DNA of 64,000 nt from Eledone cirrhosa (lineage: Eukaryota): contig OZ024741.1 in the NCBI GenBank assembly GCA_964016885.1, positions 177,010,001 through 177,074,000 on the forward strand. Reading direction: 5' to 3'. Positions 1 through 13,318 of this stretch are shown here, in pieces (the first letter of the stretch is position 1; each line of letters opens with the position of its first letter). The translations under genes were made by a program, and so were the position numbers. The notes beneath the pieces were generated by a model. That model searched no databases. It was not told the origin of the DNA and saw only the letters and a list, made by a program, of their open reading frames with translations.

Positions 1-202
1 TAGGGAGAGTGTCTCGTTCCCCCATGTCTGATTCTTTCATTTGCATCCATTCGATCATAATTTCATTCTTCAATCATAATACGATCATGAATTCATTCCT
101 TTTTTTGATCATTGACGGTCTCATTGTTTTCATTTTGTGTTTCATCTTTAGCATGCACTCATTCCACTTTTTCGATCCTTTCTTTAATTTATTCTGCTGT
201 CG

Positions 203-203
<1 letters not shown>

Positions 204-276
<73 letters not shown>

Positions 277-308
277 CGTAGTAGTAGCAGCAGCAGCAGC
301 AGCAGTAC

Positions 309-356
<48 letters not shown>
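204..356. repeat. (TAG)n microsatellite with a short (CAG)n interruption
   Basis: Directly visible; accounts for the poly-S and poly-L ORFs. Confidence 0.98.
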
Positions 357-2345
357 AGTTGGAATATTATTATTATCTTCGGACATCTCTAATCTTAAAC
401 ACTAACGCTCCATATGTTTACACCGAGTTTCATGAATTTCTTAACGAAAGCCGGCGTTATTATTGTTAATATTTAAGCGACCCTTGAATATAAAGTTAGT
501 TTAAAACCACTCAACGTGTATGAACGGAAATACGTGAGGTGTCTATTTTCGCTGTAGCTTCAGTCATCGGACAAGCATTTTTATTAAATACGTCAACAAT
601 TTTGATATCTCAATAGGTTTGTGCAGCAGGATAGAACGATGACAGCTCTAGTGATAAAAATAAAACCGTCATTTACCTTGACAATTTCTTTAAGTCAAAG
701 CGAAAATGTGTTTATTCTAAAGATGTTTCCAAGAAATATAACAAATGCATTGGTGTTCAGTATGATAAGATTGATAATGCTATGGTTAAACACTGCAATG
801 AAGCGGAAAAGAGCACTGGTATAAACAATAGCAAGAAAAACAAAACCATTAAGACTAATGGGAGATAATACAACAGAAATGGCAACTAGAAAAAATGAAA
901 GAAAAAGGAACACAATGGGAGTTGGAAAATATTTTTTCGAATGTTACCATTAAGTAGACCAACAAAAATAAGTTTCAGAATGTCAGCAGAATATCGAAGG
1001 GAAAATGTGACAACTCCATCAAAATCATTATCAACATAAAATAAAAATGAAGACATTAAACCTAAAAATGTTGCCTGTCACAAGAAGAAGAGTTAAGGAG
1101 GAAACATTATGATCTGTGAACAAGACATTTTCTTCCACGTTATTCCACTCCATCCAGTTTGCAAACATGATGTGTATCTGTAATTCAAAGAGCCTGCATT
1201 TCTACAGGCTCTATCCTATGGAATCTCTTTTAGAAATGCATTAACCGAATACTTGTATGTAGAATGCCCCGCCAATTGCATGTTTATTATTATAAGCATA
1301 CTGTTCCATTGATCGAAAATCTGTAATAATCGACTTTGGAACCGTGGAAGTCCAACAATAAGAATATATGTGCCCATATACATGCTGAATGCAAGTATGC
1401 TGACCATTGCAGTTTGAATATGTAGGGAAGAATCTATATGAAATAGATATGTGATGAAATGTATATGCAGCATATTGAGAAACTACAAAGAATTTGCAGA
1501 CGTTAAATTGAACGGACTGTTTGTGGATAAATAAATGACAAGTTTTCCAAAGTATATTTCATAAAGCTTAGAATACAAATATAATGGAAATACAATGGCT
1601 ATCAATGCCTGCACCAGAAGTTTGATAGCTATACACCTGGGATATTAAAAGAATAGCGAATGGGAAAGTTATTAACAATGCATGACAAATCCAACGGATA
1701 TGTCTACGTTAGTGTAGGAAAATTGATCCGATTGTTCGATTAGTTACAAATATTCTCTGAAGCAGAACGTTTACAGGTTTTGGTCGAATTTTAAGGGGTT
1801 ATTTAATATTATCTATTAAAAAGAATGTATTTTATGATTAAATAGTTCTGAAAGATGAAGAAAAGGTTAGTGACGAAATAGATACCTATTCATCTGAGTA
1901 CATGATTTAAAGGCAGGTGGGAGATGATCATAGTTACGGAAGATAATCTAATAAAGGATAATTACAGTAAGGATTCTGCAGCTTACATTATTTCTTATGA
2001 CATTTTTTCAAGCTTTGTTTAGATGGAACCGACCGTCTTTAATTGCCTAAGAATATTCGTCGAAATGAGTCGTGAATAGATGAAATATCATACGTGAATG
2101 CAAGTTATTATAGCGCCTCTCATTTTCAATGAACTTTGCTGTGTATCCATCAACTAAGAAGCGGGAAGAGAATATATTAACAGTAGCGATGTCACAAAAT
2201 TCACGCAGAGAATTTCAAGAACAGTAGAATGTAAAATGTGTAGGATAATACGATTAAATATTGTAAATTAAGTAAAGATATACTGAGATTCATATCATAT
2301 AGACTACAGTAAATATAACTTAATAAATGTATATATATATATATG

Positions 2346-2471
<126 letters not shown>

Positions 2472-2598
2472 TAAATCTACCAAAATGTACGGTAGTGTCC
2501 AATCCGTATGAAGAAATCAATGTAATCCGAATATCATGAAAAGAGAAGATGTTTTTAAAAAGTTTTTTCGGTGAAAAATAACGGAAAACAGAGTCAAG

Positions 2599-2642
<44 letters not shown>

Positions 2643-2730
2643 AAGAGTTAAACACTCATATTAATAGCCTGTAATTAAAAAGCATTAAGTTTAAAAATCG
2701 AGCATTTTATAATATATAGAAATAGTCCTA

Positions 2731-2815
2731 TCTCCTGCTGAGAAGCCTTAGGATGATCTGTTTCAAACACAAAATTTAAGGCGAAACAGATTGCATCTGT
2801 AATCTCTCCAGGAGA
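2731..2815 (+). ncRNA. Hammerhead ribozyme-like motif (type I, degenerate) in a probable PLE 3' fragment (~2641-2958)
   Basis: tctcctg / CTGAGAA / gcctta...taaggc / GAAA / cagat-tgc-atctg / TA / atctctc / caggaga: stems I, II and III all pair; the core deviates from CUGANGA and 7 extra nt follow the cleavage triplet. Confidence 0.6.
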
Positions 2816-2956
2816 TTAATAGTGATTGGAACGGTTTGTACATTTTAATTCATTTTTCATCTTGTATTATCCGTTTGTTTCATAGATTATATTCGTCGTA
2901 CCAAGGTGGTCGTTCAGCCCTCGTAATTTTAAACACACATTTTACTGTGTTTATTT

Positions 2957-2999
<43 letters not shown>

Positions 3000-3087
3000 A
3001 CGTAAAAGGTAAACAGAAATAACAACACAGTCGGTACAGTATATGATATTACACACATACACATACACACACACATCTATCTATCTA

Positions 3088-3138
<51 letters not shown>

Positions 3139-3328
3139 TTAAATTGGTGCTCCGGCATAGCAATATACATATCAATGTACGTATTGTATATTCAATAATA
3201 TACGAGATGTTTATAAAAATAATATTTGGAAGGCCTATCTAAATGAATTTTAAGTTTGTGGCGATTATCACATACCGTATATCACTAAATAATCCATTTG
3301 TACATTCATATACGCACATACACATACG

Positions 3329-3389
<61 letters not shown>

Positions 3390-3573
3390 GCGTCTGGGAA
3401 GAGATATATTAGATATGTCTCATTTGAAATAATACAGCCAATTTTCGACGCAATACTTTTAGTTAGCACCCCGAACACATAATTGGGAATATAATCAATT
3501 ATTTCCTAATGTTTGTTGAGTGAGTTGGAATTTGGCCGGAGTATCGCTAAAAAGCTTTCTCCGATATCGTATT

Positions 3574-3602
<29 letters not shown>

Positions 3603-3609
<7 letters not shown>

Positions 3610-4202
3610 AAGTTTGTCCTCATCAGTGGCCTTCCAACCGTCGTAGGCATTTAGTCGCCTTAAAGGCAATATACCTCAGGTTGGTGCGAGCAACGGCTAA
3701 AAAAAGTCGTTGGGACACGTAAATAAGGGGGACGCTAGGGTAAACAAACAAAATGGTTTAAGCAACAGAAAGTGATGAAGAAGAAACAAGTCCCAGATTT
3801 CTATTATATAAATTCGGTGGAATCGTGAACGAGAGAATAAAGACCATCAAACCTGGTTGAAATGTGAGCAAGGAAGGAATTTCGCACAGGTCTAACGGGA
3901 GGAAGAAGGGTTCTGGTCTGCGAATTCGGTAAACATAAGTTCTGTGAAGTCGCAGACGAGAGAGAGAGAAACAAAATTCATACCGGCTTGGCCAAGTGCC
4001 GTCTGTTGCTTAAACCATTTTGTTTGCTTACCCTAGCCTCCTCCTTATTTACGTGTCCCAACGACTTTTTTTAGCTGTTGCTCGCACCAAGCTGAGGTAT
4101 ATGGCATTTAATGCGACGAAATGCCTACGACGGTTGGAAGGCCACTGATGAGGACAAACTTTTTCATATGTAACGCATTTGCAGGGCCGCAGCTCCATTA
4201 TT

Positions 4203-4205
<3 letters not shown>
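3603..4205 (+). mobile_element. Fold-back element, probable PLE 3' remnant
   Basis: Inverted arms 3603-3769 and 4002-4169, ~35-nt unique tail, (TA)n on both sides; spacer reads NERIKTIKPG*N in one frame, weakly like a PLE C-terminus. Confidence 0.6.
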
Positions 4206-4245
<40 letters not shown>

Positions 4246-4350
4246 AATTAACTTGATAGAAAGAAATAGTTATTATTCACCTAATCATTTCCATTTGTTT
4301 CAATACATCATTCGAATGCCTCAAGTCGGTATAACAAAATATGATATAAT

Positions 4351-4530
4351 TGTTTCTACTTTAGACACAAGACCAGAAATTACCCAGTGCATTACTGGTA
4401 CTTTATTCTATCGACCCCGTAAGGATGAAAGGCAAAGTCAACCTCGGCCGGATTTGAACTCAGACCGTAAAGTGCCGTAGCTATACTGCAAACATGGCGT
4501 CCGACCCTCCACCGATACTGCCAATTCACC
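4351..4530 (-). mobile_element. tRNA-derived SINE (MetaSINE-like core)
   Basis: Minus strand has TGGCAGTATCGG (A-box-like), GAGTTCAAATCC (B-box) and GCCTTTCATCCTTACGGGGTCGATA core; 18-bp TSD aacaaaatatgatataat at 4333-4350 and 4531-4548. Confidence 0.92.
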
Positions 4531-5164
4531 AACAAAATATGATATAATGCAAGAAATATATATATTGAACATAGTTAAGTATCATTGATTGTTGTACATC
4601 TTCAGGAGCATCAATACGATAGGCATAGATCATGTAAATGTATTTATTGATTGAAGGTTACAGTTATCATGAAATTATAATAGGCAAAGAACCGTTATGC
4701 ATCAGATCATAATATACTGTATCGAATATTTGAAACCTCGTAACCGACATCAATACGTCTGACTAAAGAGTATTAAATTAATATATGATGGGCGATTAGA
4801 ACTAGAGAAAAAGAAATCTAATTTTGGATTCAGATATGTGTTTATAGATTCGAAAAAGTGTAATATAGATGCAGTTAATGATTACGTTAATTATACTTAT
4901 ACGATTCGATGGAAATCAGGAAACACCTACACATATATATATATATATACACATACTTACATACACGCGCACACACACTTACATACATATAAGCATAAAC
5001 ACAGATACATATGCGTGTATACCTACACACACATATTTACACATGTACATATCCCACACATACATTGAACAGATTTATGCAAATATAAACGTATCCTAAA
5101 ATCAAATATATATTAGGAATATATCAGTGTTCTGAAATAGCGATGTATGTATGAATGTATGTAT

Positions 5165-5473
5165 AGTGTATTTGATAATATACTCTATGTTTATTTAAAA
5201 TCATTTTGAAGACCATTCGCTCTGAGTGTTAAAGTAGTGACTATATCACTTACTTAGTCTCGGCAAAAATAAACGGAAGCAACCTTCTATAAGTGTCGGC
5301 GGGAGCGAAGGGATATGCAATCTTGATAACCTCTAACGACCGCGAAACAGCTGTCGGTTTCTTCCCTTTATTTTGTCGAGACTAAGTAAATGAAATAGTC
5401 ACTACTTTAAGACTCAAAACGAATGGCCTTCAAAATGCTGTTAAATAAACATACAGTATATTATCAAATATAT
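5165..5473 (+). mobile_element. Short fold-back element with decayed HHR half
   Basis: Arms ~5167-5284 and ~5356-5472; loop contains GAAACAGCTGTC (palindromic stem III plus GUC) at 5344-5355. Confidence 0.6.
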
Positions 5474-5950
5474 GTTATATATATATATATATATATATAT
5501 TTCGTTTCTGAATTTGTTTAGCAAGATTCTTTATCTGAAAACGTGTGTTGAAACGGTTATTGTTATAGTTTGGGAGGGTCATGTTGCCAATAAGAAACAC
5601 ACGCACCAGTTGCTTTTACTTCAATTTATTATAATAAATTTATAAATTTAGGAATTTATAAATTTCCGGTTGGTTGGTTCCACAACCAGATGGTTGTTTA
5701 TATATTATCAAAGTTCTTTAGTTACACATTATGTGACCTCTTCAGTGACTGGGGATTCTTTCTTTGTTTTGTGTGCCTCTCCTTTGTTCTGTCCTACGCC
5801 ATCTTGTTTTTGTGTGATTGTTGTGTGCTTAGTTTGCGCATGTGTTACATCCGGGTGTCTGTGTGTGTTTATATTCGTTTATTTATTTGTTTATTTACAT
5901 GTTACTGGTTGGATGTTTGTTCTATGTGCGTGTGTGTTTTCATTTTGTCC

Positions 5951-7803
5951 TTAATTGTAAGTTGTGATGTTGCTGTTCCGCTCATGTTTTCTATTTAATT
6001 TTGGTTGTAATTCATGTATGTTTATTCCCTCTGTGATTTGTCTAAACCTTGCGTCTTTTCTGTGTGTAGATCCTATTTGTATTTCTATATTCTCTAATTT
6101 ATCCTTATGTTCTATTTTAGCATGTTGGTAGAGTACAGATGATTATTTACTATCTTGAAGGTCTCGCCAGTGTTCATTTATCCGTTCTCCTATACTAGTA
6201 GCTGTCTCACCTATGTACACTATATTTTTATCTCTACATTGTCCTTCAGTACATCTTATGCTATATACTACATTTCTAGATTTACAGTTAATATGGCGGC
6301 TTAATTTACAGATTTTATATTTCTTATCTATACAGGGAGGTCTTGCTAATAAGTGTTTATGGAGGTACCTGGTCTTTCTACTATCTTAATATTGAGTTTA
6401 TGTTTATCTAGGGCCCTTCTAAATTTGTAAGCTAATTCACCCCAAGGGGTTGTAACGATGAACATTACACTCTGGTATTTATTGCTATCATACCATGTGT
6501 TTATTCTATTAGCCTTATTCCTAGCTCTTTCTATTCTATTCCAAAATTTGCTCCTATACAAGGGGCAGCTCCCAATTGTGTCATTATTTACCATTTTTTC
6601 CCATTTGGTTCTGGCTCCTCTATACAATCTGATTTTATCTCTCTGATTGTAACCAGAGAACTGCATGCGGTGGATGAAGTGTTGTATGTGTCTCTCTAGT
6701 TATTCGGGGTTGCACATGCGGGACACGTTTCTCATCACCCGTACCAAATCCGCAATCAGTATGTTGATTTTGGTATGGTCCGAAACCGCTGATTTTCGCT
6801 GGATCAGATATTTGGAAGTCAAGGATTTGGCATAATGGGAATGGAGGATTTGTGTTCTGTTAGTAATGGTATCTAGCCATATCTCTGTGTCTTGTACAGA
6901 TAATCGATGGTTGGGTGTTTGCCTGGGTAGTCTATAGTAACTCTAATACTCTGGAGGATAGAGTTAACTATTTTCTGGATGCTTTCCATTGTGTTTTTCT
7001 CTAATTCCTGACTGTTCTCTAGTGGGGGTGTTTTAACTACGATGTTTATATCATCAACATAGCCGGAGTACATTATCAGGGTTAAGGGGTATTCTAATTG
7101 TTCTTTAAGTTTCAGTTTAAGTCTACTGTCCCACCATACCATGAATAGGTTAGCAATGTCTCCTGCAATGCTAACAAAATGGCTGCTCCCTCCTCATGGG
7201 CATATGTTTTTCCATTAAATTTGAACATATGTCCCTTAAGGGTTAATTTTATGCTGGCCCCCACCGCATGTGCAATCATTTTCTTTAGTTCATCGTGGTT
7301 TTCGGGGTCCGTATGGCTCTGGTCCACCCGTTCCATCTATCTGTGTGGGTTTTCTTGGCCATTGAGGTAATGGTAGGTGGTCTGCCTCTTGCTAGTCTTG
7401 TAGGGCACAGGTTGCTAAGGTCATATGTCTAGATAATTATTACTATAGGTAAGTTTAAATAGGAGTCCCAGCTCACTGGTATCAATCCCACGGAATTCAA
7501 CATCGCTCTCACTGATCATTTCTACACATTTCTCCACAGCGAAATCCACGTCAATAGATGGATACAGAGACACAACATCCATACTACCTATTATGCAGTT
7601 TGTTAGGTCCCTAGATCGGTTACTCTCGCCGATTCTGCTGAGGAGGTCCTCCGTGCTGTCACATACATCTGGGGATATTTCAATGATGGGGGGTATGATC
7701 AGGGAGAGGAAGTAGGACAGTCTGTAGTTACTAGCAATGTTAGCTCCACAGACTGGCCGTGTTGGTGGTCCTGTGACAGGGTCAGTGCTCGTTTTATGGT
7801 CTT
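5951..7803 (-). pseudogene. PLE reverse transcriptase + GIY-YIG endonuclease, frameshifted
   Basis: Fragments GSMDVVSLYPSI, FKFNGKTY, YSGYVDDI, NVVYSIRC...YIGETA, ending PKLN; split over several frames. Confidence 0.9.
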
Positions 7804-8078
7804 AAACATACATGAATTACAACCAAAATTAAATAGAAAACATGAGTGGAACAGCAACATCACAACTTACAATTAAGGACAAAATGAAAACACACACGCA
7901 CATAGAACAAACAACCAACCAGTAACATGTAAATAAACAAATAAATAAACGAATATAAACACACACAGACACCCGGATGTAACACATGCGCAAACTAAGC
8001 ACACATCACACACACAAAAACAAGATGGCGTAGGACAGAACAAAGGAGGGGCACAAAAAACAGAGAAAATAATCCCCA

Positions 8079-8121
8079 GTCACTGAAGAGGTCACATAAT
8101 GTGTGACGAAAGAACTTTGAC
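8079..8121 (+). ncRNA. Minimal type I hammerhead ribozyme (family A pLTR)
   Basis: gtca / CTGAAGA / g-gtcaca...tgtgac / GAAA / gaactt / tgac. A decayed twin lies on the minus strand at 5707-5750. Confidence 0.7.
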
Positions 8122-8286
8122 AATATATAAACAACCATCTGGTTGTGGAACCAACCAACCGGAAATTTATAAATTCCTAAAGTTATATATTTATTATAAT
8201 AAATTGAAGTAAAAGCAACTGGTGCGTGTGTTTCTTATTTGCAACATGACCCTTCCAAATTATGACAATATATATATATATATATA

Positions 8287-8803
8287 GTTGTTATATTGTA
8301 AGGTGCATTATTGGTTGTGTAAAATGGTCCAATAACTTTATGTTAGCAATATTAAGTTCTCCACGCTTTTGTATATCTCCAATTCCATTCAAGGGAACAG
8401 CTAGATGATGTAAAACGGAGTATTAAGTATCAAAATGAAAATCCGAAGGCAAGGTAAAATTCCAATCATTTAATCACCAAACATGTTTCAATAACAGATA
8501 GATCGATTGTGAAGCCATGATCGATTATCACTGTTCTCATCAGGTGAAAATGAATTGTCTTCACATTTTTGATATGCGGGAGAAAAATAACAACGTTCTC
8601 TCACAGAACATGAGTAAATGAATTCTGTGAGAGAACATCGTTATTTTTCTCCCTCATATCAAGAATTTGAAGAAAATTCATTTTCACCTGATGAGATCAG
8701 TGATAATCAATCATGGCTTCACAATCGATCTATCTCTTATTGAAACATGTGTCGTGATTAAATGATTGGAATTTTAGCTTGCCTTCGGATTTTCATTTTG
8801 ATA
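8287..8803 (-). mobile_element. ORF-less fold-back PLE-type unit with an HHR in each arm
   Basis: Arms 8428-8608 and 8622-8803 with ~13-nt spacer; unique tail 8287-8427; (TA)n on both sides. Confidence 0.8.
8684..8757 (+). ncRNA. Type I hammerhead ribozyme with long stem II
   Basis: tcac / CTGATGA / 47-nt insert / GAAA / catgtg / TC / gtga. The minus-strand twin at 8474-8547 shows aacag-ctgtt and atcgat-atcgat pairing in stem II. Confidence 0.7.
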
Positions 8804-8820
8804 TATATATATATATATAA

Positions 8821-10590
8821 TACGATATTAAACAAATGGAAATTACATTTATAAAACCATATTTATTTCATTATATATATTTCAGGGATATCATATTAAA
8901 ACATGGTATGCCCTCTTCAGACAAAATACAATATATAGACAGTTTTATAAATAAATTTGACATACCTTAGAGTTTACAACTTCCATTTAAAAAGTTGTTA
9001 CGGTAGTGAAAATGTTAAGGACGGTTAGAAAAAAAGACGGTGAAAAAAGGAAAAAAGGAAAAAGAAAAAGAAGGAGAAAAGAAAAAGAAAGAGCGGAAGG
9101 TGAAGAAGATGAAGAAATGTATGTAAAGAGAAAACCACCGAATGAGAGATCAATGAGGGAAGGGGTACTGTAATTATTCATTTGTTTATTTATTTATTTA
9201 GTGTTAAGGATACGGGGAGAAATAAAAACAAAAATAAGGAGAGGTAGATCGAGTAATATCTATTATACGAGGTGGGAGAGATAGGGGAGGGGTGATATAC
9301 AGGAGATAGAGTTAAAACAGCCGATATAAGAGTAGAGGGAGTAGGAGAGGGGATATACTTAGAAAGAAAAATGATAGTTTTAAAATATTATGTTTCATCA
9401 GTCTATCAATTCATATGAATTATAATGTAAACATCAATATTCATGAATGAGACACATATCAATAATGTGTGAAAAAATAGTGACTATATGTTTAGTTTAA
9501 AAATTCATAGGTTTATAATCAAAATCTGAGATAAAACCTCAAAAAATACTGGAATACATAAGTATATATGTATTTTCATGAAAAAAGAGAAAAGAGAAAG
9601 AAAAAGAGAAGGTTATCTCAAACTGACATTATAGACACATGCGAGTTTACATGATCAGCTCTGTAAATTTTTATTTCACATGGAAATCTTCATTGCGTCA
9701 AAAGAAATTTTTCCATACACATAAGTGTACATACATATACATATACATAAAATATACATTATTAATAATAATAATATTCTTGCCCTTTCTTACATGATTA
9801 TCGTACAAGCATAGAATAGAACAGATATCAATATATTAAAATATTAAAAACGCCAAGAATACTTTCCTGAAAAGAATATCTAATGCCGTAATAAAAACAC
9901 AGTGTGCCCAGTATATCAATCAATCCCTCCAATTTATTTGACAATATTGCCAAGTTTATTAGAAGCAATCAGAGTCAAAAGCAAACAAAATCAAAATTAT
10001 TCACCAAACTTATTTAGCAGAAATCATTCAAAAAAAACTTTAGGATACTCGGTTGTTCTACAGATGCTCTTATATTTATTCTAGAAATTTATCTAGCTTA
10101 AAAATGTTATTCAATAGATTTGGATCATCATCGTTTTAAGGTAGTTTAATTACATTATTAATTATATATTCATGAAGAAGGTTTAAAGAATTGAAGGAAT
10201 CGAAAGATTTATCGCCAAGTTTTCTAAAATAATTAAATGTCTTGAGTAAATATATTACATTTTAAACTTACATTTATATTTAAAAGTTGAGTTCAATCTA
10301 TGTCTGCAGCAACTGAATAAATTGGTCCGTAAACTTTTTAAATGGAAGTTGTAAACTCTAAGGTATGTCAAATTAATTTATAAAACTGTCTATATATTGT
10401 ATTTTGTCTGAAGAGGGCATACCATATTTTAATATGATATCCCTGAAATATATATAATGAAATAAATATGGTTTTATAAATGTAATTTCCATTTGTTTAA
10501 TATCGTAAAATACTCCCAAAACTGTTGAGTGCTTTTATATCAGTTATAAAATATTTACTCGTTGTAACCCAACATTTTAAATAAAACTTT

Positions 10591-10592
<2 letters not shown>
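8821..10592 (+). mobile_element. Fold-back PLE-type element with decayed body
   Basis: Arms 8821-8996 and 10332-10507, tail 10508-10592, (TA)n flanks; HHR-like motif in the arms; only a faint GIY-YIG-like trace near 9890-10250. Confidence 0.7.
10404..10460 (+). ncRNA. Hammerhead-like motif, degenerate
   Basis: CTGAAGA / ggg...catatt-tt-aatatg...ccc-t / GAAA / tatata; stem I pairs poorly. Twin on the minus strand at ~8870-8925. Confidence 0.5.
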
Positions 10593-10652
<60 letters not shown>

Positions 10653-10657
<5 letters not shown>

Positions 10658-10842
10658 ATACTTGGGGAGGGTCATATTTGTGTAATATTGCCAGAATTAA
10701 TAACAGAACACACTCACTGTTTGGTTGGTTTTCGCTTTTCGCTTCTGTGACATTTATATCGGTAATCTATGACCCTCTCCAAATATAACAATATTTGTTT
10801 CGGCACACGATTTCATATCAAAAACCTCGCAAAACTAATTCA
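10653..10842 (+). mobile_element. Family A-related mini fold-back
   Basis: ttgttatacttggggagggtcata ... tatgaccctctccaaatataacaa, followed by a tail resembling 43705-43765. Confidence 0.75.
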
Positions 10843-10850
10843 TCGCCGTT

Positions 10851-11021
10851 CAGTATCGGTAGAGGGTCGGACGCCATGCTTTCCAGCATAGTTACGTTCC
10901 TTTACGATCTGAGTTCAAATCCCGCCGAGGTTGACTTTGCCTTTCATCCTTACGGGGTCGATAAAATAAAGTACCAGTGCTGCACTGGGTAATTGCTGGC
11001 CTTGTGCCTAAAGTAGAAACA
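10851..11021 (+). mobile_element. tRNA-derived SINE, slightly 5'-truncated
   Basis: Nearly identical to 35380-35550. Confidence 0.92.
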
Positions 11022-11022
11022 G

Positions 11023-11083
<61 letters not shown>

Positions 11084-12525
11084 TAGAGATATGTATAGAT
11101 AGATATATATGGTTACCTTTATGTGTATATATTGATGATTATATATATAAACATTTTTAATGAATACATATTTTCGATGTAACATAATGGATACCTAAAT
11201 GTACGCGTGAGGAAACAATAATAATACTATTATAATAACATTCATACTATTCGGTTCGTTTGAATATAATTGACCTAGTAACACATGTGTGCTCTTTACA
11301 ATTTTTAGTGTTATGATGCAGGTAATTATCTTTTTCATATATCCGTGCAAGTGCAAGAAAGAGTGGTTGGTATAGGGTAGTGTCTTAAGTGAAGAAACTG
11401 AAGTTTTTTGATTTAACAATAATGGATACACTTCTTACAAATTCATACGAACATATATACATGAATATATGACAGCACAATAATATTTATATATAGATAA
11501 ATGTATATGGAAGACGATCAATTGACAGAGATATTTTATCCCTTTTCCGATAGTCGAAGTGATTTTTGCCTTTCATATCTTCGGGGTTGATAAAAGGAAA
11601 ACAGCAGTTTACCCCTGAGACTAGTGCTTCGTTTATCTTTCTTTCACTGCTTTTTGTTTTGCATTCATACGTATATAGTTTCATGCATTAAAAGCATACT
11701 GAGGAAGACTCAGTAAAAAGATCGACATCTTTTCTAAGACTCTCTACGTGATATATTTTATATTTATGAAACTTCATAACAGAGAATTGGATGAATGAGC
11801 AATTAGATTGGAATTGTGTTACTTTAGTACTACTTCTAATGATTTAAAAAAAGGTATCGATGTAACTGTGTACTAGCTAATATGACATATATAAGGGACA
11901 GAATGCCATATATTTGACTACATTTTGCTGAGTATATAAGGCCAATATATTCGTTATATTTACGATTAAACCAGGCCTGAATGTACAATATTATAACTGT
12001 GTCCCCGCTGTAATCATCCAAGCCTATTTTATATTGTGCATTATATATGGAAACATAGGTTTAGTTATATAAGATTGTAGGATGCGAATTTTGACTTGTT
12101 TGGCTTCTGTTAATAGTACGTAAATTGATTGTGGATAAACATTTTTGTAGTTTCGTTAAATGTACGGTATAGTACTAAATTACAAAGAAGCAAGGTCAAC
12201 AATTTATTTAATTCTCAATTGAATACAATCCCATTCCCTTCCTACGTATCTGACGAATTAAATAAGGATAATACCAAAGCAATTACACCTCTAAAACAAA
12301 TACTCTTTTATAATTAATTCCTGGATTGACATTAAAACTTACTGAAAAATCGCATGACGATCAAGTCTATGCTTCCTGTAACTGTTGTGCATATTTTTTT
12401 TAAAATCAAATTATAAATATTGAGATATACCTATACTACTTCTGTATGTGTTTTTTTATTTAATTTTCTAATCAACATTCCGATTTTTAATTACTTAGCT
12501 GAGGAGTAGTACTATATACGGTAAA

Positions 12526-12635
<110 letters not shown>

Positions 12636-12988
12636 AAGAATTATAATACATCAGTTAATGCTATGTAAGTATTGAGTATCTGGTTTTTTGATGCACACCT
12701 AAAAGAATGTAATTGCTGAAATCGCTAATGAAGCATATAAACATAGAATAGTTCATAGATAATTAATTTGGCGTACATCTAAGCTTCTAAGTCTTTTACA
12801 TTAATGAATAGCAAGTATAATGGTATTCTATAAGGGGAAGCATCTATTATTGAATATATGACTGCAATCACATTCTCACGTGAGAAAGAAATGATGGTAT
12901 TATATATACACACATATTACTCTATTAAATGTTACATCCGAGGGGCTGGGGCCATGCTGGGGCCTATATATATATATATATATATATA

Positions 12989-13056
<68 letters not shown>

Positions 13057-13318
13057 GCACTTAAGAACATTTTAAAAAAAAGAAGACAACGAACGAAAGT
13101 AAGGCAAAAGGAAAACAAAGGAAAGAAATTAGAAAAAAAGAAAAAAACGCAAAGAGAAAGTAAATTATAGTGTTAAAAAATGTAAACCACTGAAATTCTC
13201 GGAGGCAAAAGAGACGTTGGTGACAGGTTAGTAATATTAGACTAAAGACTAACAAACGAAAAGGACAACGATTTTTAAATACGTTCTTAGCTTAACCAGA
13301 TCATCATCATCATCATCA

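Larger units (their letters stand above)
5500..8268 (-). mobile_element. Penelope-like retroelement family A, 5'-truncated, with inverted pLTR
   Basis: RT-endonuclease body 5951-7803, 3' pLTR plus tail 5500-5950, inverted copy of the ORF end and pLTR at ~7804-8268; (TA)n on both flanks. Confidence 0.93.

Noticed and set aside
560-2250. Possible decayed hAT transposase, with similar hints at 35800-36050 and 46300-48700
   Set aside because: Only vague motif resemblance across many stops and no TIRs found; needs a translated HMM search.
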